Source of the DNA: an uncultured Chthonomonadaceae bacterium
GTDB lineage: Bacteria; Armatimonadota; Chthonomonadetes; Chthonomonadales; Chthonomonadaceae
Assembly: GCA_963835065.1 (NCBI GenBank)
Contig: CAWIEK010000037.1
Coordinates: forward strand, 32,001-96,000
Direction: 5' to 3'
Length of the DNA: 64,000 nt
In this document: one piece after another, positions 40,240 through 52,838 of the stretch
Layout of the letters: each line of letters opens with the position of its first letter
Position numbering within the stretch: position 1 is the first letter of the stretch
Notes under the pieces: model-generated
Database searches by the model: none
What the model was told of the DNA's origin: nothing
What the model saw: only the letters and a program-made list of their open reading frames with translations
Translations under genes and position numbers: made by a program

Positions 40240-40775
40240 GAGCCTTTAGATGTGAAATCAAATTCCCGAACGTAGGAGCGTTGCTTGTTGCGCTTCCCGC
40301 ATGTGGAAATCTAACCTGCTGCGCCAGCCAACAACGGCTACATTTCCAGACCCGAAATGCCTCTCCCAACAGGCGCGGCATTTGCGTCCGTAGGACGCTT
40401 GTACTTTCCTGCCGGGGATTTTCAATCCCCGGCCAGTATTTCACAGCAAGCGTTGAAAGTACCCGGCCAAGCGGGATCCACTGCGCCAACAGCAAGCCTC
40501 CCGCAAAATAATCCATAAAAAAGAGCAAAATAACGCAAAAACAATGAACCCTTTGCCCTGTACAGCCGTCTAAATAGTAGAATAACAGTCTACAATTCAA
40601 ATGTTAGACACCGGAAGGGAGGTGCCAGTCCTATGTTTCACCCCTCCCGTTCGCCCTGACGCTTGCGGAGGCCACGACGCCTCTCTTCTACAACTTGACA
40701 CAACGAGACATCGGGCTGGAAGCGCTGTATTGCCAGGATTTCGACGATGACTCTACATACTCTTTATTAAATTGC

Positions 40776-42367
40776 TCAAGCGGCGAGAGGCTGAAACCTG
40801 TTGTCGTTTGCTTTCTGAAACTGCGCGAAGAAAGCGTCTTCCTCACAGGGCGTTTTCACCCTATCCTGCGGCGTGGGCAGGGGGAACAGGGGCGCGTTGC
40901 CTAAAATGTACTCGGCAATCCTATCCAGATTTTTGTCGCGTCCCGGCGCGAGTTCGGCCACGCTTTGATAGGTCAAATCCGCCTGAAAGTAATTGCCGCT
41001 CACTTTCACCTTGCTGAACGGGATGCAGATGTCTATGAACAGGCGCTGCATGAACCGAAACGCCATACGCTGCGTGTAGGGCTGAAAACCCATCTGCATG
41101 ACCGCTTCCATCGTGGGCGCAACATCGGACAAGTCGCCAATTTCCTGCGTAAACCCGCAATCCTTGTAATAGCCCATGCCCGCGTGGACAAGCGGCAGGC
41201 CGCGACAGGCCATTTCCAATCCCGCCGTAGAGCCATAACTCAGCCCCGCGCTTGCCACATCCATCAGGCTGTACGTGCTGATTTTCTCGTCAGGCATAAT
41301 CACGCGGACATTGGCAGGCAGCCGTTCGCGCAAACCTTTGTACCATTCCAGTACCCGCCCGTCCGTTTTGGCGTGATCCCCCTCGTTGGGATGGACGCGC
41401 ACAATCAAATTGTATTCGGGATGCGCGCCGAACCATTGCGCCGTATGTTCGATCCAGGGCAGTTGCTCCACCGCGCGGGCGCGATCCGCCAGACTGCCCT
41501 CGCAATCCGAACTGGTGCAAAGCAGGGCAAGGGGGCGATCCGGCAGTCCCAATTGGGCGCAGATTTCCGCCCGCTCCTGCGCGTTTTTCTGCTGCGGGCT
41601 GAACGCCGACCAGTTCATATTCATGCCCTGTCGCCGCTGCTGTAGTAATTGCGCGACGCCCGCCAGTTCCGGCTGCGTCAGGGGCACATCCTTCCACGCT
41701 TCCCAGCGCTCTTGATACCCGCCATGTCGCCCGCGATCCCCGACGTGATAAAACCAACCGTGTTGTCCATCCAGCCGCGCTCGTGCAGCACGACCCGAAT
41801 TCCCCGGCTCCGCGCCACTTCGACAGCCACGCGATTAAGAAAAAACGAGCCGTTCAGCGTGACGATGCAATCCGGGTTGTATTTGTCATACAAGCGGGGC
41901 AGGGCAACCGCCGCCATTGCCGCGCCTTCCAGCAATAGCCGATAGGAACGGGCAACGTCTTCGCGCTCCAGTTGCGGGTGAAGCGTATGCCAGTAGGAAA
42001 CAATATCGGCGCGCGTCCACGCGCCAATGGGCAGGCCGGCGTAGCAGGCGGTTTCCAGTTCCTCCACGCGCAAACCGTTCGCCCATTCCGCAATACGCGC
42101 TTTTTCATTCCCGCGAACAGCCACCTGCATAAACTCGGCGGCATGGCGCACCTGGGGCAAAATCGTCTGCGTGAAACTGCGGCAATTCGCGCAAATTTGC
42201 TCCCGATCCGGCACGGTCATCGCCGCCATGCCGCAATTAGGCAAACCGGAACAGGTCAGAAACCGAACGGAATGGCCGCGCTGCCGCAGCGCGTGTCCCA
42301 TCGTGACCTCCCAGAGCGTGTGCGGCAGCCAGGGCGTATAGGGTGTGAAAAAGAGTATAGTTTGCAT
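40776..42367 (-). CDS. Capsule-biosynthesis (KpsS-like) putative glycosyltransferase, frameshifted near 41710
   Basis: HERG, LIVRVHPNE, STY.LM, YGSTAGLEMAC.GLP motifs. Confidence 0.7.
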
Positions 42368-42376
42368 GCTAAAACC

Positions 42377-43447
42377 CTAACCAATCATCTTCCACTGTAA
42401 GGGAGTGCCGCGCGGAATGTCTTCCGTTGCGGTTTGTTCCAATATCTCTTCGTAATGGCGGGGAGCAAGGCCATGTCCGGGGCGAATGATGCGGACATTG
42501 GCGGAAGTGAAGCGCTCGCCCGCCCGGATGTTTTCGACGGCGAATAAAGAGCGGCGGTACAGCAGGCTGCCCGTTTCCCCGGCGCTGATACCGAGTTCGG
42601 GATTGCCGAGCGCCTGTTCCGTCGTTCGGATAGCGGCGACCATCTGCTGAAACTCGTCGGGTTCGAGGGAAAACGCGCTGTCGGGGCCGGGAAGGTCGCG
42701 GGACAGAGTAAGATGTTTTTCCACGATACAGGCTCCGAGCGCGACAGCGGCAATCGGAACCGCGATACCGAGCGTGTGATCCGACAGGCCAACGGGAACG
42801 CCAAACGTTTCGGCCAGTCGCTCCAGCGCGCGCAGGTTCATATCTTGCGCGCGGGCAGGATACGCGCTCGCGCATTTGAGCAGCGCAATATCCCGCGCGC
42901 CTTCTCCCCTCGCCGCGCAAAGGGCTTCCGCAATTTCGCTTTCCGAAGCCATGCCGGTAGACATTATCAAGGGCTTGCCGGTCTGCGCCGCCTTTCGTAT
43001 CAGGGGCAAGTCTACGATTTCAAACGACGCGATCTTATATGCGGGCATATCCAGCGTTTGCAGAAACTCCACAGCCGCATGGTCGAAGGGCGACGAGAAC
43101 AAGTCCATACGCAGCGCGTTGGCTTCGGCTTTGAGCAGGCTGTGCCATTGCCAGGGCGTTTGCGCTTCCTTATATAGATCATACAAGCGGCGTCCGGCCC
43201 AAAGACTGCCTTCGCCAATCTGAAAGCAAGGATTGTCGCAGTCCAGCGTGATGCCGTCCGGCGAAAGCGTTTGCAGCTTTACCGCGTCGGCTCCGGCGGC
43301 TTTCGCCGCATGAACAATGGCGCGCGCCTGTTCGAAATTCTGCCCGTGATTGGCCGACATTTCCGCAATAATATAAACGGGTTCGCCCGCTCCGATGCGG
43401 TGTCCGTTGATGGTAAGCATTGGCTTTATGGTAGATGCAGCAGACAT
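42377..43447 (-). CDS. pseI: Nonulosonic (pseudaminic) acid synthase
   Basis: IIAEMSANH, KIASFE, GLSDHTLG, EKH.TL, C-terminal SAF domain RRSLFA..IRPG.GL. Confidence 0.92.
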   Translation of the reverse strand: MSAASTIKPMLTINGHRIGAGEPVYIIAEMSANHGQNFEQARAIVHAAKAAGADAVKLQTLSPDGITLDCDNPCFQIGEGSLWAGRRLYDLYKEAQTPWQWHSLLKAEANALRMDLFSSPFDHAAVEFLQTLDMPAYKIASFEIVDLPLIRKAAQTGKPLIMSTGMASESEIAEALCAARGEGARDIALLKCASAYPARAQDMNLRALERLAETFGVPVGLSDHTLGIAVPIAAVALGACIVEKHLTLSRDLPGPDSAFSLEPDEFQQMVAAIRTTEQALGNPELGISAGETGSLLYRRSLFAVENIRAGERFTSANVRIIRPGHGLAPRHYEEILEQTATEDIPRGTPLQWKMIG

Positions 43448-43664
43448 AATAATCCTCGTAGGAAACGGTTTACCTCACCCCAACCCTCTCCTTACCGCGC
43501 AACGCGCTAGAAGAGGGGAGCAACTTTTACAGGGCGCTTGATATAAGGCGATGGATACGCCTTGCATATGTGGGGGTTGGCAGGAAGACTGCCATTTATA
43601 TGTCGGGTAGTTGCCTCTTGCTCGTCAGGGGAAATTCATCATTTGGTGTTCGGTGTTCAGGTGT

Positions 43665-44153
43665 TCAGGTGTTCAGGCGTTCGGGTTTGTGGAGGATGGG
43701 AAGGGTGTAGTGGAGGAGGCAGAGGCCGTTGCGTTGTTGCGGTCCTTGATTGGAAAAGCCGGCGCGTTCAAAGGCGCGTTGCGAGGCGAGGTTTTCGGGT
43801 TTAATCCAGGCGTGTACCGTTTGAACGGTTGTATGTTTGGCTAAGGCGGCGATGCCTTCAGTTATTAAGGATGCGCCGTAGCCCTTGCCACGCTGCCGGG
43901 TGTCCAGGCTGATGCCGACTTCTGCCTCATTGCCGCAAAGGTCAAAGCGAATTTGTCCGATGGGCGTATTCCCTTCATCCTCTGCAATGAACAATAGGCA
44001 GGCCGAATCCCCTTGCCTGCGCTGAAACCAGGCCACATGCGTTTCCCAGGCAATGGGTTCTGAATGGATGGAATAAAGTCGCGTTCGCGGGTCATTCGCC
44101 CATGCAAACAACAAAGCGCAGTCAGTATCTTGTACACGTCTTAATCGCAGCAT
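43665..44153 (-). CDS. GNAT N-acetyltransferase (PseH-like)
   Basis: W.ND...R..S....I.WE.H..WF, GQIRFD, RGKGYG, N.AS.RAFE.AGF. Confidence 0.82.
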   Translation of the reverse strand: MLRLRRVQDTDCALLFAWANDPRTRLYSIHSEPIAWETHVAWFQRRQGDSACLLFIAEDEGNTPIGQIRFDLCGNEAEVGISLDTRQRGKGYGASLITEGIAALAKHTTVQTVHAWIKPENLASQRAFERAGFSNQGPQQRNGLCLLHYTLPILHKPERLNT

Positions 44154-44262
44154 ATTCGCTCCACCATTAGAGCCTCTCCCAATAAACGCGGCATTTGCGT
44201 CCGCAAGACGCTTGTACTATCCTGCCGGGGATTGCAAAGCCCCGGCCAACAGCGACAGGTTC

Positions 44263-45364
44263 CTAATCACTGCGCAGCATATTCTCCACAATACGTTGCG
44301 CGCCTTTGCCGTCCACAAGCTGCCTGCCGGCACAGCCCATGGCGCGGCGGGCGTTCAGGTTGTGCGCCAGATTATGAAGGGCGCAGGCGAGTTTTTGCGG
44401 CGTGAGAGTGTCATGCCAGCCTAAATTTTGCAAGGTTCCCGCCGCCGCCATACCGTCCGCAACACGCTTCTGATTGTTGGCAAGCGCGAGGCTGAGGGTG
44501 GGAACCTGCATGTACGCGAGTTCCAGAGTCGTTGTTCCGGCAGCGGCAACCGCCAAATCCGCCCACGCCATAAGTTCTCCCATATTGGCAGGGGCGCACA
44601 GCAGTTCAATGTCGCGCCCACAATCCGCAATCGCCTGCTCAAGAACAGCGTGGTGCGGGTTGCCCGGCCCGGCAACGATTTTAACGACAAAGTTCCGGGC
44701 TTGCCACAACTCAAACGCTTGAACCACTTTGAGGGTGACATTATCAGGGTCGGTTCCGCCAAGCGTGACCAGAACATTTCGCGCGGTTTGTGGATGTGAG
44801 CGCCGCCATCCCTGCCATTGCGCGAACTCAGGGCGCAGCAGGGCATAGCGCGTACCAGGCCGCAATCGAGTATTTTCACTGCAATGATAGGCGAGAGTAT
44901 CAGCGTACACATTCTGATTGAGCAGCATATCGGCGTGATAATACGGATGATGCGCCATATCATCCAGCAGCAGGGTTTTGCCGCCGATTTTCCACACGGC
45001 TTCCTGAACCGCTTGCTGATAACAGGGCGTAAAGTGGTAGCCGTCCAGCGCAACCCAGGAAGGCCGATGTTCGTTTACAAGGGCAAGCAGAGCGGGCAAA
45101 TCGTCCGGGTGCGGATGCGCACTCGGAAAGTGAGACACGTTCCGCCCCCGTTTCCTCTATGCGCTTGGTAATGGCAGTGTTGTCGGCGTATGTGGCAAAA
45201 ATAACGCGCCCTCCGCGCGCCTGCCATTCCACTGCCAGCGCCAGGCAGCGCATGACATGCCCGTTGCCAATCTGCCGCGCTGCATCGGCGCGAATTAAAG
45301 GGTTGAGGGTTGTGTCCTTCCCTGCGGGTGGACGCCGGGTGAGAGTTGAGGGTAATTGAGTCAT
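44263..45364 (-). CDS. pseG: UDP-diacetamido-trideoxy-altropyranose hydrolase PseG, frameshifted near 45145
   Basis: IRADA..IGNGHVMRCLALA, LDGYHF, LGGTD, A.NQ, VDGKGA.RI. Confidence 0.85.
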
Positions 45365-45493
45365 GGTAGGTTGTCAGGGACTTTCAACAACATAAGGTTT
45401 CCGGTCGCAGACCGGCTGGCGAACGCCCTGTAGACGGGTCGTTCACGACTCGGCTACGTTGAACGTTAATTTTGGTGAAAGTTCCTCACGGGC

Positions 45494-46960
<1,467 letters not shown>

Positions 46961-47047
46961 GGAAGGTAATTGACTTGGAAAGTGCTGTTTATTAACAGCA
47001 TAAGTGATGTGGCATTTTGGGATATGATACCAATCAAGGAAGAGTTC

Positions 47048-47191
47048 GTAGGGACACAACATGTTGTGTCCGATGGGCAGCTGTGTCCGCATGGGCAAGG
47101 CTGTGTCCGCATGGGCAAGGCTGTGTCCGGGTTCTCATCTACCGGAGGAGGACACGCCGCCACCGGAGGACACAACATGTTGTGTCCCTAC
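47048..47191. repeat. REPIN-like element: two inverted GTAG REPs with internal ~20-nt tandem units
   Basis: GTAGGGACACAACATGTTGTGTCC...GGACACAACATGTTGTGTCCCTAC; inner GCATGGGCAAGGCTGTGTCC units. Confidence 0.9.
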
Positions 47192-47309
47192 ATCCTTGTT
47201 TTTGAACGCCTTATGCGAATAATATTGAGTTTAGATGAGCGCGAATGTGGAGGCAGTAAAAAAAGAAGTCACCAGCCACCAGTCACCAACCACCAATCAC
47301 CAACCACCC

Positions 47310-48110
47310 CTATGCCGCTTTGCTTTCGGCTTGCAGGGAGCGTAAGTAACCTTCGTTGCGGATAAATTGGCCGTTGATACGGCGCAGGTGCGGCTGGGCG
47401 CGCAGAAGGGCGGTCACATCCGAATAGTGAAAATGCTGCGTACCCAGGGAATGAAAGACGGCGCGAACAAAGGCGAGATCGGGCAGTTCGTCTACCGTCC
47501 AGCGCCAGGCGGACAGGTCTTCGCTGTTGTGAACATTGCCGACGCGAAAGCCGTTGGCGGGATTGCGCAGGTAGGGCGTGACGTGTTCGCGCTCGGAAGG
47601 CAGGGTGGCCTCCCACCAGGCGCGTTCCAGAACGGAATAGCCAAAAACTTCGGTATCCAGGCCATCAGGGTAAGTGGGCGGATCCACATTGGAAACATAA
47701 TCGAAGTCGGCGCTGTGAAAGGCGGTAACAACGGCATCAATCACATCGGGGTCGTGCAGGGGGCAATCGGCTGTCAATCGGACAACAGTATCGGCTTGCG
47801 CATAGCGGGCTGCCTGTAAGAAACGATCCAGAACGTCGTTTTGGCTGCCGCGAAAGCAGTCAATGCCGTGCCAGCGACAGAAATCCGCGATAATCGTGTC
47901 TTCACCGGCGGTTGAGGTGGCGACCAGAACATGATCCAGGCGTTTGGCGCGGCGAACGCGGTTGACGACATGCCACAGCATCGGCTTGCCCGCAATCGTG
48001 TGCAGCACTTTACCGGGCAGGCGGGAAGATCCCATACGCGCCTGAATAATGCCCACTGTACGCGACGAAACAAAGCGAAGTTCAGAGGAAACAGGTTCGG
48101 TTACAGGCAT
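47310..48110 (-). CDS. SpsF-like cytidylyltransferase
   Basis: IIQARMGSSRLPGKVL, RGS..DVL.R, RLTADCP, REHVTPY, TVD...DL. Confidence 0.9.
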   Translation of the reverse strand: MPVTEPVSSELRFVSSRTVGIIQARMGSSRLPGKVLHTIAGKPMLWHVVNRVRRAKRLDHVLVATSTAGEDTIIADFCRWHGIDCFRGSQNDVLDRFLQAARYAQADTVVRLTADCPLHDPDVIDAVVTAFHSADFDYVSNVDPPTYPDGLDTEVFGYSVLERAWWEATLPSEREHVTPYLRNPANGFRVGNVHNSEDLSAWRWTVDELPDLAFVRAVFHSLGTQHFHYSDVTALLRAQPHLRRINGQFIRNEGYLRSLQAESKAA

Positions 48111-49112
48111 AGATTGCTTTCCGGTGTGCTGCGGGCTTGCAGGGCAAGGCGCAGGGTTTGTGTGGCGTCGCTTACGGAATTGAATGTCGGCGCGTTACTT
48201 TCTACGCAGGCCAGAAAGTACGCCAGTTCATCGCGGTACATCTGGTTCACCTGCCAATCATCGGGCTGCCGGACGGATTGGGCTGCCGCGCCGGAAGCGT
48301 TATAATGGATCGTTTCACCTGTTGTAAAATCCCATGCCAACGTACCCTCACTGCCGATGATTTCGATGCGGCGCTGATAATTGCGCTGCACAAAGTTGAG
48401 ATGAACGCTGGAAAACGCGCCGTTTTGGTGCGCGAGCAGCAGTTCCGCCATGCCGTCCGTTTCTAATCCGAGGGAAGTAGCGGGACGAACCAGCGAGCTG
48501 TGCAGGGACGCGGGGCCAAGCAGCCATAGGGCAAGATCAATCTCATGGATGCAGTCAAGCAACGCGCCGCCATGCGCAGGAGACGCACTGTAACCGGCGC
48601 GATAATCCTGCTGCGGACGCCAGGCGGGCAGATAAGAGCCGGTGTGCAGCCTCGCGCTCAAAACATCGCCGATGATGCCGGATTCAAGCCATTGCTTGAG
48701 CAGGGCGGGGCCGGGATGAAAGCGCATGTTGCAGCCGACAAGATTGACTTGTTTATGCTTTACCAAGAGCGCGTTGAGTTCGTCCAAGCCGTCGCAGATC
48801 GTGCGCAACGGGCTTTTCGATGAACAGCGCCGCGCCCGCGTGAGCCGCCGCAAGCGCAAAGCAGGTATGCAGATGGGAAGGGGTACAGATAAAAGCGACA
48901 TGAGGCTGAAATTCCCATAGTTCGTCGGGACAGGCAACGGAATGGATGCCATATTCGGCGGCGACGGCTTCACGTGACTGCGCCGAAGCATCGTAAACAA
49001 CGATGTTTACCGGACGGCCACAAGTCAGTGAACGTAAATTGGCGAGATGCCGCCGCCCAATGGAACCGCAGCCAATCAGGGCGATACGCAGGGAATTGTC
49101 GCTTGCAGCCAC
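48101..49112 (-). CDS. Gfo/Idh/MocA oxidoreductase, frameshifted near 48800-48830
   Basis: IGCGSIGRRH, IEKP, GCNMRFHP, GGALLDCIHEID. Confidence 0.85.
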
Positions 49113-49702
49113 GTATTTACGCCGGTGTGTAGTAGTTACAGTGGCCTGCAAAAGATTGGCGCGTTCGAGAGACATTTGTACAACTTCTATGGCCTGCCCT
49201 TCAAACATCACCTGACGGCGCGGTGAAGCATCTTCCACCATGCCGGCCTTACGCATCACATTCAGCATCCCCTGATTGACGCTGAGGGTTCCTGCCGTGA
49301 TTTTGCGCAGCACCGCACTCTTTCAGAAGGTAATTGCAAACGGCCTGCCATGCCTCTGTTCCATAACCTTGCCCCCACGCCGAGCGTTCGCCAATCATAA
49401 TGCCCACATCCGCCACGCTGTTTTCGACATCCACGTAAGCGTTGATATTGCCAATATGTCCGAGCGCGGCATCATGCGCGATGATAGCCCAAAAGTGGTT
49501 CGACGTGTCGGCAAACGACTGCCGGTAGTCCCGGCACGATTCGAGCGTATGCAGCATGGTGGCGCTGTTCGCTGTAGCGGACGACTTCAGGGTCATTGAG
49601 CCAACTCACATAGCGCGGGGTCAGATGCGCTTCGCTGAAGGGAACTATGGACAGGCGGGAGGTTTGGATTTTCGATTTTCGATTTTCGATTTTCGATTGC
49701 AT
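49113..49702 (-). CDS. RimJ/RimL-type GNAT, frameshifted; C-terminus reads in frame into the oxidoreductase
   Basis: YVSWLNDPEVVRYS, HIGNI, GIMIGE..WGQGYG.EAW, KITAGT..N. Confidence 0.7.
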
Positions 49703-49728
49703 GTTGATAGGCGGCGCTGTTGACAGTA

Positions 49729-50931
49729 TTAGATGTGTTGGGCTGACTGAAAGTAAGCGGCAGAAACATTATTTTTCAATGTCAGGTTTGCGAGAAATTC
49801 GGTTACGCGCCGGGTGGAACCGGAGGGAATTACAGAATCTATATCGGTGTTTGGGTTCGTGGTTTGCAGCAAAAGTTGGGGCAGAAGGGCGTGGAGGCCG
49901 GCGCGGTTGGTGGCGCAGGGAGTCAGGGCGGTACGGGTGGTCGGGAGCCATTCTTGTTCGCAAAGGCGCGGCAGGATGGACAGGGTAGGGCGCTGGAGCA
50001 GGGCGGCTTCCAGCAGGAGCATGGAGGACATGCCCACAACCAGGTCGGCGGCGTAAATCAATTCCAGAGGAACGCCCCCGCTGCTGACAAGATCGAAATC
50101 GGCTTCGTAGGCGGCAAATTCTTCGCGCGTATTTTTCGGGTGCAGGCGCAGAACCGTGCAAGCAGGACAGGCGACTTGCGCAAGGGCGTCTAACAGTTCT
50201 TCAATGACAATATCGGTGCGGGCATTGCTGCTTCCTCTGCCGTGCAGCGTATATTGCGGGGAACGCTGAAATTGTTCCGCATCCGCTCCCGAAGAGATTT
50301 CCGCGACGAACACGATAACTTTTTGTTCCGGGTGCGCATGGGGAAGCCATTTTTGGCGCAGGGTTTCGCGTCCAATCTGTTCCAGACGCTCCCCTTCTTC
50401 CCGCGCGAAGTCATAATGCGGATGACCAGCGACGACAATCCGCTGATTATCGTAGCCGAGTTCGACAAACGCTTGCCGTGTCCACGTATCCGGCACAATC
50501 AGCCAGTCGGGCGCATGAGCAAGTGCGTTGTCTGTCCGGCCTCGAAAACGGTGCGCGGCGTTCGCAAACGCATCCACGACGCCCACGCTGACACTCCCCG
50601 CCTGCCGCCACTGCTGAATTAATTCCAGTCCGTAACTGTCCGGGTTTTCCGAAGTACCGACGACGAGCAAGGATGAAGGATGAAGGATGAAGGATGAAAG
50701 GGGCAGGGTATCGGGTGTTGGGTGTTGGGTGTTGGGTATTAGGGGGTCAGAGGTAATGCCGCGCTGCGCTAAATACTCAGTTGCGGGAGTTGCGGACAGG
50801 AGTTGGGTTGTTAAGCCATGTTCGGCGAGAGCGGCGGGAAGGTAGGCGACGTAATTAGCTGCGCCGGGGTCTTCCACGAACATTAGTATGTCGGGTGTTG
50901 GGTGTTGAGTGTTGGGTGTTGGGGGTTGCAT
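49729..50931 (-). CDS. Hypothetical GT-B-like protein (possible glycosyltransferase)
   Basis: DPGAAN, V.GHPH, RLHPK, ADLVVGMSSMLLLEA motifs. Confidence 0.6.
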   Translation of the reverse strand: MQPPTPNTQHPTPDILMFVEDPGAANYVAYLPAALAEHGLTTQLLSATPATEYLAQRGITSDPLIPNTQHPTPDTLPLSSFILHPSSLLVVGTSENPDSYGLELIQQWRQAGSVSVGVVDAFANAAHRFRGRTDNALAHAPDWLIVPDTWTRQAFVELGYDNQRIVVAGHPHYDFAREEGERLEQIGRETLRQKWLPHAHPEQKVIVFVAEISSGADAEQFQRSPQYTLHGRGSSNARTDIVIEELLDALAQVACPACTVLRLHPKNTREEFAAYEADFDLVSSGGVPLELIYAADLVVGMSSMLLLEAALLQRPTLSILPRLCEQEWLPTTRTALTPCATNRAGLHALLPQLLLQTTNPNTDIDSVIPSGSTRRVTEFLANLTLKNNVSAAYFQSAQHI

Positions 50932-51944
50932 TATGAATTTTGTGCTTGTGACATTAGAGTTTCTACCACATCAACCGTTTTGAGGGCAGATTGGCCGGGG
51001 CTGCATAGGGGCGCGTCGTGAAAAAGCGCATTGGCGAGGTTGTCGTACATGCGGTAAAAGGCGTGGCCTACGGTGGACGGCAGGGGATGGGGGGTGTCGG
51101 AGGCGATTTCATGCTCACCGGTTGTGGCGCGATGTGGGCAGTGGGGGAACAGGCGGATGTTTAAGCCTTCCTGTTCCATGCTCAAGCGTCCGCGCGTACC
51201 CCATATATCCAGGCTGTTTTCGCGGTAGCGCGTGAAATCTACGGCTTGCGCCATCACGCACAGGCCGTTTTGCATTTGCAGGGTGAACGGGAATTGCCGG
51301 TCGCCGGACAATGGCCCGGCGTGGGAGGGAACCGCGCCAGGCGCGATACGGGCGCAGGCCACTTCACCGAACAGCATCCGGGCAAAATCTATGAGATGTG
51401 TGCCGTTGTTGCGCAGGCCGTTGCCGTACAGAGCGAAAACCGCCTGTGGAGCGCCGATAAGTTCCTGCAAATAGCCGCCTGCCAAACGCTGAAACAATTC
51501 GTCCGCCCGCCGCCATAGATTCACCTGTACCAAAATACTGCGACGAGCGCACTCCCGCAAAAACGCCTCGCTTTGTTCACGGGTTTCCCCCAGCGGCTTT
51601 TCCACGAGAACGGCGCGTAGGTCGGGCAGGTTTGCCAGTAATTCCAAGCGCGTGTGGGGCGGCGTTGCCAGCACCGCCACTTCGGGCGAAACCATTTGCG
51701 CCAGTTCTGCTGCGGTACGCGCTGTATGCGGAATATGCCAGCGTTGCTTTGCCGCTTGCAGGGCGTCCTCGGACACATCCACCACGCCCTGCCAGTCGAA
51801 GCCGGGATGCGCCTGCAAAACCTGCGCGTGTGTGGCAAAAGGATAATGCCGCGCCATGACAGGATCGTCCGCGTACCTGGCTCCCACCTGCCCGAAGCCT
51901 ACAATGGCTGTTCGCAGCGGCTTACGCGAAATCGCAGTTGTCAT
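50931..51944 (-). CDS. Gfo/Idh/MocA oxidoreductase
   Basis: IVGFGQVG, VEKP, VN..RR, NNGTHLID. Confidence 0.88.
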   Translation of the reverse strand: MTTAISRKPLRTAIVGFGQVGARYADDPVMARHYPFATHAQVLQAHPGFDWQGVVDVSEDALQAAKQRWHIPHTARTAAELAQMVSPEVAVLATPPHTRLELLANLPDLRAVLVEKPLGETREQSEAFLRECARRSILVQVNLWRRADELFQRLAGGYLQELIGAPQAVFALYGNGLRNNGTHLIDFARMLFGEVACARIAPGAVPSHAGPLSGDRQFPFTLQMQNGLCVMAQAVDFTRYRENSLDIWGTRGRLSMEQEGLNIRLFPHCPHRATTGEHEIASDTPHPLPSTVGHAFYRMYDNLANALFHDAPLCSPGQSALKTVDVVETLMSQAQNS

Positions 51945-52804
51945 TACGCGGCCTTTGCCCTTGCTTCGGTCTTTGTCGTTACTTCAATCATTGTCTTTAC
52001 TTCGGTGTTTGCGTATACTTGAGTCCCGGCTTTAGTTGCCTGCTTTGCTGTGGGAAGATTTTCACTGCGGGCGGATTTTTCCTCGCAATCACGGTTGAGG
52101 GCAAGCAGTTCGGGCTTGCGGCGCAGCAGGCGCATGATCTCTTCCAGCCCGAACCAATCGCCATACGCGGGCGCAAGATGCCGGTACACGGCGTTTATAA
52201 ATTGATGGTCTTCCGGGTAATCCAACTGAAAGCGATAGTCGGGGGCATGCCAGCGGGCAGGCGCGAACAGGTTGAAGATGCGATACCGGCGCGGGTTATC
52301 GTAAAAATACAGCGAAACGTGTTCGCGCACCGCAGGGTTAGAAATCGTTCGCTCCACATCCGACAGGTCGCGCAGGCGGAAAACCTGAATGTCTTCGCCC
52401 ATTGGAAACGTGACCGGAAACACATTGGTCACAACATCACAGTCGTTGTTGAGGAACGTTTTCACGCCCATGTCAATCAGTTCCGGGTCGAGCAGGATGC
52501 AGTCGCCCGTAATTTCCACCACAATGTCCGATTCCATGCTGCGCTGCGCTCCAACCACGCGCTTGAGAACATCCTCTTCGCTGCCGCGATAAACGGCAAC
52601 CTTTTCGCGTTCTGCCCAGGCCGCAAGCGCATTATCTCCCGGCGATGTGGAAGTGGCAAGGACAATATCATCCAGATGGCGGCAATGGCGCAGGCGGCGC
52701 AGCAATCTTGTCAGGGCCGGCTGCCCGCCCACATCGGCAAGCGCTTTGCCGGGAAAACGCGACGACCCCATGCGGGCCTCAATGCTGGCAATCACTCGTG
52801 GCAT
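51944..52804 (-). CDS. Second SpsF-like cytidylyltransferase
   Basis: IEARMGSSRFPGK, RGSEEDVL.R, EITGDC, REHVS, LDYPED. Confidence 0.9.
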   Translation of the reverse strand: MPRVIASIEARMGSSRFPGKALADVGGQPALTRLLRRLRHCRHLDDIVLATSTSPGDNALAAWAEREKVAVYRGSEEDVLKRVVGAQRSMESDIVVEITGDCILLDPELIDMGVKTFLNNDCDVVTNVFPVTFPMGEDIQVFRLRDLSDVERTISNPAVREHVSLYFYDNPRRYRIFNLFAPARWHAPDYRFQLDYPEDHQFINAVYRHLAPAYGDWFGLEEIMRLLRRKPELLALNRDCEEKSARSENLPTAKQATKAGTQVYANTEVKTMIEVTTKTEARAKAA

Positions 52805-52838
52805 AACGGAACTCCGAAGTTTCCAATGAACTTTGCAA

